From Acholeplasmatales bacterium (GTDB taxonomy: Bacteria; Bacillota_I; Bacilli_A; Acholeplasmatales; JAEDCM01): 64,000 nt of DNA. The stretch lies in contig JAGCWW010000050.1 of the NCBI GenBank assembly GCA_017961685.1, forward strand, positions 290-64,289, in the 5' to 3' direction. The position numbers and the translations under genes were made by a program. Below the pieces are notes generated by a model. It was not told the DNA's origin. It worked only from the letters and a program-made list of their open reading frames with translations, and did no database searches. This document shows, in pieces, positions 29,408-35,899 of this stretch (the stretch's first letter is position 1; each line of letters begins with the position of its first letter).

Positions 29408-29702
29408 ACGCGATAGAGCAAAACAATTTTTACCATTTAATTCCCTAAGAGGTTATTATGATTTAATTAGAGAAAAAGAAAAAGAAGTTACACCTAAAAG
29501 AGAATTATCAAATGATGATTTATTAGAATTATCAAACAAGTTAAAAGAAATAAAAAAGAACAGGATGGTTAAAATAACATATTATGATGTTGATTCATAT
29601 AAAACAATATCGGGATTAGTATCAAAAATTGATTTTACTTATAAGTATATTGTGATTGTTAAAACAAAGATTAGCTTTAACGACATAAGTGTCATCTATT
29701 GA
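29400..29702 (+). CDS. YolD-like protein
   Basis: N-terminal RAKQFLPFNSLRGY motif. It overlaps the polymerase stop and shows the typical pairing with a Y-family polymerase. The start is ATG 29400 or GTG 29391. Confidence 0.6.
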   Translation: MSRRDRAKQFLPFNSLRGYYDLIREKEKEVTPKRELSNDDLLELSNKLKEIKKNRMVKITYYDVDSYKTISGLVSKIDFTYKYIVIVKTKISFNDISVIY

Positions 29703-29719
29703 TTTTGTTGTTATATTGT

Positions 29720-29815
29720 TATATAATTTAAGTGCGAAAGTAATGATAAATAGATTTCAAGAGAAAAAAGGATAGAGTTCGTGGCTCTATCCTTTTCGCA
29801 TTTGGTGAGACAAAG
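29720..29815. repeat. Repeat unit 1: TATAAT, AAGTGCGAAAG box, terminator hairpin, TTTTCGCATTTGGTGAG
   Basis: TATAAT at 29722-29727. Box at 29730-29740. Hairpin GGATAGAG-ttcgtgg-CTCTATCC at 29770-29792. On the minus strand the hairpin is followed by T6. Confidence 0.45.
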
Positions 29816-29864
29816 ACTAGTTTAAAATCATAAGAAACATTTATTGATTTTGCTTTTGTATTAT

Positions 29865-29955
29865 TATATAATATAAGTGCGAAAGCAATGATTAATTGAG
29901 AAAAAAAGAAAAGGATAGGCTGCAACCTATCCTTTTCGCATTTGGTGAGGCAATG
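29865..29955. repeat. Repeat unit 2 (145 nt downstream of unit 1), same architecture
   Basis: TATAAT at 29867-29872. Box at 29875-29885. Hairpin GGATAGG-ctgcaa-CCTATCC at 29913-29932. On the minus strand it is followed by TTTTCTTTTTTT. Confidence 0.45.
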
Positions 29956-29976
29956 ATTAATTAAGTTTAATAAATA

Positions 29977-30045
29977 TTAACGCTTATCTCTAAGCATTAT
30001 AGTTATAGTAACAAGTACTACAACTAGGACTACTAAGTAATCCAT
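29977..30045 (-). CDS. 22-aa hydrophobic peptide MDYLVVLVVVLVTITIMLRDKR (candidate type I toxin-like peptide)
   Basis: ATG 5 nt after GGAGG. A single TM-like segment with a charged C-terminal tail. The unit 2 terminator hairpin lies about 45 nt downstream on the same strand. It is too short to appear in the ORF track. Confidence 0.4.
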   Translation of the reverse strand: MDYLVVLVVVLVTITIMLRDKR

Positions 30046-30047
30046 AT

Positions 30048-30092
30048 TTACCTCCGCATCATGCACATTGCCTCATTTAACAAGTGTTTCAT
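30048..30092 (-). CDS. 14-codon leader ORF MKHLLNEAMCMMRR, whose last codons and stop overlap the SD of the 22-aa ORF
   Basis: GGAGG, 7 nt, then ATG. It ends CGG AGG TAA, where GGAGG is the SD of the downstream peptide ORF. Confidence 0.25.
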   Translation of the reverse strand: MKHLLNEAMCMMRR

Positions 30093-30232
30093 TGCTAAAC
30101 CTCCTGCACCACAATAGTGGCAAATATATTATAACGCAATAAATGGCTTTATTAAGCCTTTTCTTTTTGAAAAATTTATCAAAAAATGAACCTAAATTAG
30201 TATAAATTTTATCATATTTTATCAAAAAATAA

Positions 30233-30254
30233 TTTAAAAACTTTTGTTTTTAAA
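30233..30254 (+). promoter_or_regulatory. Palindrome TTTAAAAAC-N4-GTTTTTAAA next to the -35 region of the COG0523 promoter
   Basis: Perfect 9-bp arms. The extended -10, TGGTATAAT, is at 30276-30284. Confidence 0.3.
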
Positions 30255-30306
30255 GTGGTTTAAAAGTTTTATATGTGGTATAATATTATGATGGAAGGTG
30301 ATTAAA

Positions 30307-31389
30307 ATGACTAAAATAGATGTATTTTCAGGATTCCTAGGTGCTGGGAAGACTACACTTATAAAAAGACTTATTAATGCCTATAAGGGTGAGAAAGTTG
30401 TCCTTATTGAAAATGAGTTTGGTGAGATTGGTGTTGACTCATCATTCTTAAAGGATGCAGGATTTGAAATCAAAGAAATTAACTCTGGATGTATTTGCTG
30501 TACATTAGTTGGTGATTTCACAAAAGCTTTAAAAGAAGTAATTGACGAATATCGTCCTGATAGAGTAATTATTGAACCATCAGGGGTTGGTAAACTATCT
30601 GATATTAAACATATTATTGAAAAAGCAGGATTAACTCCTAATATGTTAGTAACTGTTGTTGATGCATCAAAGGGTAAGTTATATATGCGTAACTTTGGTG
30701 AATTCTTTAATGATCAAGTTAAAGAAGCTACAACAATTCTAATTAGTAAGGTTGATAGAACACCTGAATCAAAAGTATTAGAGCTTGCTGATTTAATTAG
30801 AGAAAAGAATCCAAATGCTAATATTATCACAACACCAATTGCTGAACTTGAAATTAAAAAGCTAATTGAAATATTTGAAAATGATAAATCAATGTTAAAT
30901 GAATTAATTGAAGAATTAAATCATGAACATCATGAACACGATGATGATGACGATGATGATGAATGTGAAAGCCATGAACATCACCATCATGAACACGGTG
31001 AAGAATGTCACTGTCATGATCACGAACATGAACACGAACATCATCATGAACATGGTGAAGAATGTCATTGTTATGACCATGAACACCATCACCATGATCA
31101 CCATGCAGATGAAATATTTGATAACTGGGGTATTGAAACTCACCAAGCAGTTTCAAAAGGAGAACTTGAAATCTTCTTAAATAAACTTGCTAATGATGAT
31201 ACACTAGGTATAATACTTCGTGCAAAAGGTATTTTACGTGCTAAAGATGATACTAATTGGTACTATTTTGATTTAGTTGATGACACATATGAAATTCGTT
31301 TAGGTAAGCCAGATTATGCAGGTAGAATTTGTGTAATTGGAGCAAATATTGATAAGACAAAAATTAGTAATTTATTCCTTAAAAAATAA
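30307..31389 (+). CDS. COG0523 (CobW/ZigA/YeiR-type) metallochaperone GTPase with a His/Asp/Cys-rich insert
   Basis: P-loop GFLGAGKTT, CxCC motif GCICC, IIEPSG, SKVD. A ~65-aa tract HEHHEHDDDDDDDECESHEHHHHEHGEECHCHDHEH... with an internal HEHGEECHC(H/Y)DHEH repeat. The start is ATG at 30307. Confidence 0.85.
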   Translation: MTKIDVFSGFLGAGKTTLIKRLINAYKGEKVVLIENEFGEIGVDSSFLKDAGFEIKEINSGCICCTLVGDFTKALKEVIDEYRPDRVIIEPSGVGKLSDIKHIIEKAGLTPNMLVTVVDASKGKLYMRNFGEFFNDQVKEATTILISKVDRTPESKVLELADLIREKNPNANIITTPIAELEIKKLIEIFENDKSMLNELIEELNHEHHEHDDDDDDDECESHEHHHHEHGEECHCHDHEHEHEHHHEHGEECHCYDHEHHHHDHHADEIFDNWGIETHQAVSKGELEIFLNKLANDDTLGIILRAKGILRAKDDTNWYYFDLVDDTYEIRLGKPDYAGRICVIGANIDKTKISNLFLKK

Positions 31390-31391
31390 TT

Positions 31392-32306
31392 ATGAAGCAA
31401 ATACCTTTATTTATAATTAATGGAATGCTTGATGCTGGTAAAACAACATTTATTCAAACAATTATTCATCAAGATGGCTTTCATAAGAAAGGCACAACTC
31501 TTCTAATTACTCTAGAAGAAGGCGAAGTTGAATATGATAGCTTAAAACTTCTTGATGATTATAATACAACAGTTTTAAGTTTAAATGATGATACAGTTTT
31601 ACCAAAAGAAAAGCTAGAAAACTTAGTAATGATGCATCGCTTTGATAGAGTAATTATTGAAAATAATGCGATGAGTGAAAATGTCTTAGAATTACCTGAA
31701 TGCTTAATTGTAAGTCAAATAATAACTTTAATTGACTGTGAAACTTTTGAAACTTATTATCAAAATATGCGTGTAAAGATGGCTGATATTATTAGACCAG
31801 CTAATCTAATATTATTTAATAGAATTGATGGCTTTGAAGATAAACTACTTAGCTATAAGAGAAGCTTAATGCTATTAAATGCTGATGCTGATTATGTATT
31901 CCAAAATAGTAAAGGCGAAGTAATAGATACATTAGCCGATGAACTTCCTTATGATTTAAATAGCGATATTATCAAGGTTGAAGATAAAGATTATGGTGTA
32001 TTCTTTATTGATACATACGACCAAAAAGAGCGCTATGAAGGAAAAAAAGTAAATTTAGATTGTGTATGTTATATGCAAACAGATGGGACTGTAGTAGTTG
32101 GACGTTTAGCTATGACATGCTGTGAAAATGATATTCAATTATTAGGCTTCTTTACTGACATAAAAGAAACATTTAAAGCTAATGAATGGATTAATTTAAC
32201 TGCAGAAATAAAATATGAAGTTATTGAGGATGAAGAAGAACCAGTATTTAAAGTAATTGAGTATAAAAAAATCAAACAAATCAAAGATCCAGTGGTTAAT
32301 TTATAG
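31392..32306 (+). CDS. COG0523-like P-loop paralogue lacking CxCC, with a C-terminal CC-motif domain (DUF1980-like?)
   Basis: P-loop GMLDAGKTT and VIIENN in place of E.SG, with no CxCC. The C-terminus VVVGRLAMTCCENDIQLLGFF resembles the R..isCCaaDa...Gf motif recalled for YcgQ/DUF1980. Confidence 0.55.
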   Translation: MKQIPLFIINGMLDAGKTTFIQTIIHQDGFHKKGTTLLITLEEGEVEYDSLKLLDDYNTTVLSLNDDTVLPKEKLENLVMMHRFDRVIIENNAMSENVLELPECLIVSQIITLIDCETFETYYQNMRVKMADIIRPANLILFNRIDGFEDKLLSYKRSLMLLNADADYVFQNSKGEVIDTLADELPYDLNSDIIKVEDKDYGVFFIDTYDQKERYEGKKVNLDCVCYMQTDGTVVVGRLAMTCCENDIQLLGFFTDIKETFKANEWINLTAEIKYEVIEDEEEPVFKVIEYKKIKQIKDPVVNL

Positions 32307-32353
32307 CCACTGGTTTTTCTTTAAATATGAGTAAACTTTTTGTTAATAAATTA

Positions 32354-32382
32354 TTTACATATATATATATATATTGTATAAT
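32354..32382 (+). promoter_or_regulatory. Promoter with the spacer made of an (AT)8 tract
   Basis: TTTACA (32354-32359), a 17-nt spacer containing (AT)8 at 32359-32374, then TATAAT (32377-32382), 40 nt before the ATG. Confidence 0.45.
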
Positions 32383-32421
32383 TAACTTGGATTTTTCCAA
32401 ATATAAAAGGGAGATGAACAT

Positions 32422-35400
32422 ATGAAAAAAACAGGCAAAATTGCTTTTGTAGCTATGATGGGCTTGTTATTGTTTGGTTGTAGTAAAAAGAACAATAAAG
32501 ACAATACTACAAAAAACGATAATACAACAATAACTAGATCTAATGTAACTACAAAGAGTGGTACAACTACTCAAGTAAAAAAATGCATCCTAAGATATAA
32601 CGCTAATGGCGGAAATATCAGTGGGACAAAGATTGGTGAAGAAGTAACATTTGGTAAAGCATTTGAACTTCTAATTCCAACAAAAGAAGGTTCTACATTT
32701 AAAGGCTGGTACTATGAAAAAGGTACTGAAATGGTATTCTTAACTGGTGCAGATGGAAAATCTATAAAAGCATTTGATGTTGAAGTTCAAGGAGAAACAT
32801 TAAATATTTATGCTTCATGGGAAGATGCTGTTTATAGTGTATTATTTGATGCTAACTATGGTGATGATTCCGCCAACTTCACTCAAGATGTTAAATTCGG
32901 ACAATACGCATCAAAACCAGATGAAGACCCAGAAAGAGATGGTTACCATTTTGATGGATGGTTCACAAAAGCAACAGGTGGAGAAGAATGGGCATTTACT
33001 TCTACACAAATTCGTGGAGAAACAACAATTTATGCACATTGGACTGCATTTGAATATGCATTTGCTTTTGAAAGTGAAGATGATGGTGAAATAAGTGTTA
33101 CATCAACTGTTAATGCTGGTGATGTTGCTTGTGGTACATCAATTACTTTAACAGCAACTGAACTTTGGGGTGCTACATTTACAGGTTGGTATAGTTATTT
33201 TGAACAAAAAGTTGTTAGTACAGATAAAGAATATACATTCAATATGCCTGCTCATGATGACACATTTAGAGCAGAATTTACTTCATATACTTTATGGTTA
33301 AAGAAGGATGGCGAAGGCACAGTTTCTCCTGGTTATTATGCATATACAGCTGGAGAACCTGTTACAATACAAGCTAAACCAGCTACAGGTTATACATTTG
33401 TTGGTTGGTTTGATGGTGAAACTAAGGTAATTGATAGAACTGATTGTACAAAAGATAATAATGGTTTTTATTGTTATGATTATATAATGCCATTTGCAAA
33501 TGCTGAATTAACTGCTAAATTCTCAGTTAATACACATACAATCACTATTGATAAGGATATTAATAGAACAACAACAGAAGATTATGGTACTATTTCACAA
33601 AGCCATACTGATGGAATTTATGAATATGGTGAAACTGTAACTCTAACAGCAACTCCAGCAACAGGATATACATTCCTTTATTGGTATGATGTAATTAATG
33701 ATACATACTATAATTCAACATTTAATATGGTTGATGAAGATTTAGTTTTAACAGGTATATTCACATATTATACTGTTGGTTGTGATAATGAATGTAATAG
33801 AGATACAGATGATATTTATGGTTCAACTTCATTATATGGAGAAGAAAAATATAGCGTTGGATCTGAAGTAACACTAACAGCAACACCAGAAGAAGGTTAT
33901 ACATTCGTTGGATGGTGGGATTTAGATGCTAATGATTGGCTAGATATTAGCGGAGTTGATTACACTAAAAATGAAATCTCATTTGCAATGCCAAATACAG
34001 ATGTTGAAGTAAGAGCTATATTTACATATTATTTAGTTCAAGTATCTTTAAGAGCAAGTGACGCTTCATTCGGTCAATTAAGCTCTGATAATTATGTAGA
34101 TGAAACTATGGTTGTAGGTGGAACTCAAATTAGTGTAACAGCAACTTCTAAATACCCTGCAACTGTTGAATTTGATGGCTGGTATTTAGATGGTATAAAG
34201 ACTGTGACTAATTCTACATTAACATTCACTGTTTATGCAGATGATTTCCATTATGAAGCTAGATTTAAATTAATTGATTTTACTATTACTTATACATTGA
34301 ATGGTGGAACAAACAACTCAAATAACCCTACAAAAGTTAATATGTCTAACACATTCCCTATTACATTAGCAAATCCAACTAGAGATGGTTATTCATTTGC
34401 TGGATGGAAAGAAAATGGCTCAACTGTAACAGAAATTACATCTTGTGCAGCACATACATATGTTGCTAATTGGACTGCTAAAAATTATAATGCACACTTT
34501 ATATTAGTTGAAAACGACAATAATACTGGTGTATGGGGAAAATATAGATTTAAAACAAATACTATGAGTAGTTATTCAACATATGTTTCTACTAGTGATG
34601 ACAAAAGTGCTGTAGTTACATATGATGCTGATGTTGTGATAAATTTGGTTCCATATTTAGGAAGAAAGGTAGATGTTAATAAAATAACTGTTGATGGAAC
34701 TGCAGTTAATGGAACTTACAATTCTTCAACAAATGAATTTACATTTACTTATAAATATGCTGCATCAAAAAATATCTATATTAATTTTGGAACAGCTGAT
34801 AATAGTCTACAATATTTTAACTTTGTAAGTACAGAATCTACTTGTGAAATACTATCAAGTAATTATTCTACTGTTACTGAGATTTATATTCCTACTTATG
34901 TTACAAAAATAGAAAAAGGTGCATTTAGAAAATTATACAAAATTGAAAAAATAGAAGCTCCATTTATTGGAGAAACAAAAACAGCACAAGCTGACCCTTC
35001 AAAAAATATTTTTGGACATTTCTTTGGATATTATGGAGAAGATGATTATTTATCATGTTTGCAATTCTACGATTACAATGATACTACTTATGAATATAAT
35101 TGTTATCTTCCAAAATCTTTAACAACATTTATTTTAAATGCTGATTATACTAATTCTACAGCAACATTTAATGATTATTGTTTCTGCTTTACTACTAGTT
35201 CTAGTTATGATACACCAAATATTACAACAATTGGATATTGGATTGGTTCGAATACAAGTGTAGGTAATTATGCATTCTATAATTTAAAGAAATTATCTAT
35301 TTTTGGCTTCACTTCTCATCCTGAAGACGAATCATCTAATAGATGTTGGTTTAGTGTTGGACATCATGCTTTCCAAGGAACTGCAATAACTGGAATTGAA

Positions 35401-35769
35401 ATTTTGAAAAATGATAGTTCTGATTCTTTAACAATTGGAGATAGTGCATTTAGAGATTGTTCTAAACTAACATATGTACTTATTGATGAAAATGTTATAG
35501 TTGGAAACTATGCATTCACTTATTGTACAAGTTTAAATTATACAAGTAATGTTGCTAAATCTGGTTTAATTATTAAAAAAGGTGTTAGATTTAAATATGA
35601 AGTATTTGGATCGAGCACACCTCTTACAGCAATAAGATTTACTGGTACTAAAAGTGAGTGGAGCACTGTAACATTGGAATCTAATTGGAATAATAATAGT
35701 CATATACTTGGATATTACTATGGCTTTGATACATCAACTGGTAGTTCTACTGGATATCAATCCTTATAA
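32422..35769 (+). CDS. Giant surface lipoprotein (1115 aa): Listeria-Bacteroides repeats, Ig-like repeat array, BspA-type leucine-rich repeats
   Basis: Lipobox LFGC|SKK. Units such as VLFDANYGDD...PERDGYHFDGWFTK...TIYAHW. Repeated GYTF(V/L)GW modules. C-terminal LRR_5-like segments (IEKGAFRKL, VGNYAFYNL, IGDSAFRDCSKLTYV, VGNYAFTYCTSL). Confidence 0.8.
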   Translation: MKKTGKIAFVAMMGLLLFGCSKKNNKDNTTKNDNTTITRSNVTTKSGTTTQVKKCILRYNANGGNISGTKIGEEVTFGKAFELLIPTKEGSTFKGWYYEKGTEMVFLTGADGKSIKAFDVEVQGETLNIYASWEDAVYSVLFDANYGDDSANFTQDVKFGQYASKPDEDPERDGYHFDGWFTKATGGEEWAFTSTQIRGETTIYAHWTAFEYAFAFESEDDGEISVTSTVNAGDVACGTSITLTATELWGATFTGWYSYFEQKVVSTDKEYTFNMPAHDDTFRAEFTSYTLWLKKDGEGTVSPGYYAYTAGEPVTIQAKPATGYTFVGWFDGETKVIDRTDCTKDNNGFYCYDYIMPFANAELTAKFSVNTHTITIDKDINRTTTEDYGTISQSHTDGIYEYGETVTLTATPATGYTFLYWYDVINDTYYNSTFNMVDEDLVLTGIFTYYTVGCDNECNRDTDDIYGSTSLYGEEKYSVGSEVTLTATPEEGYTFVGWWDLDANDWLDISGVDYTKNEISFAMPNTDVEVRAIFTYYLVQVSLRASDASFGQLSSDNYVDETMVVGGTQISVTATSKYPATVEFDGWYLDGIKTVTNSTLTFTVYADDFHYEARFKLIDFTITYTLNGGTNNSNNPTKVNMSNTFPITLANPTRDGYSFAGWKENGSTVTEITSCAAHTYVANWTAKNYNAHFILVENDNNTGVWGKYRFKTNTMSSYSTYVSTSDDKSAVVTYDADVVINLVPYLGRKVDVNKITVDGTAVNGTYNSSTNEFTFTYKYAASKNIYINFGTADNSLQYFNFVSTESTCEILSSNYSTVTEIYIPTYVTKIEKGAFRKLYKIEKIEAPFIGETKTAQADPSKNIFGHFFGYYGEDDYLSCLQFYDYNDTTYEYNCYLPKSLTTFILNADYTNSTATFNDYCFCFTTSSSYDTPNITTIGYWIGSNTSVGNYAFYNLKKLSIFGFTSHPEDESSNRCWFSVGHHAFQGTAITGIEILKNDSSDSLTIGDSAFRDCSKLTYVLIDENVIVGNYAFTYCTSLNYTSNVAKSGLIIKKGVRFKYEVFGSSTPLTAIRFTGTKSEWSTVTLESNWNNNSHILGYYYGFDTSTGSSTGYQSL

Positions 35770-35899
35770 TTAACAATTAAGACCTAGAATCTTCTCTAGG
35801 TCTTTTCTTTTGTTAATAAATTGTTAAATAAATATTTATTTATAGATAAATATATTGTATAATTATAATGTATTTTTTCATATGAAGGAGGGTTTATAT

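Noticed and set aside
29728-29925. 65-aa minus-strand ORF spanning the tandem repeat units
   Set aside because: It runs through two terminator hairpins and the repeat units and has no SD. The repeat and RNA-structure interpretation explains the sequence better.
29714-29960. CRISPR array
   Set aside because: There are only two repeat copies. The units are ~95 nt long with internal terminator hairpins and promoter-like boxes, and no cas genes are present. No other CRISPR-like periodic repeats were seen in the window.
30140-30306. Zur box upstream of the COG0523 gene
   Set aside because: No TCGTAAT-N-ATTACGA-like sequence is present. Only an AT-only palindrome of a different form was found.
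30854-31180. Three overlapping ORFs (both strands) across the His-rich region
   Set aside because: They are alternative-frame artefacts of the CAT/CAC/GAT repeat DNA that encodes the His/Asp tract of the COG0523 protein.
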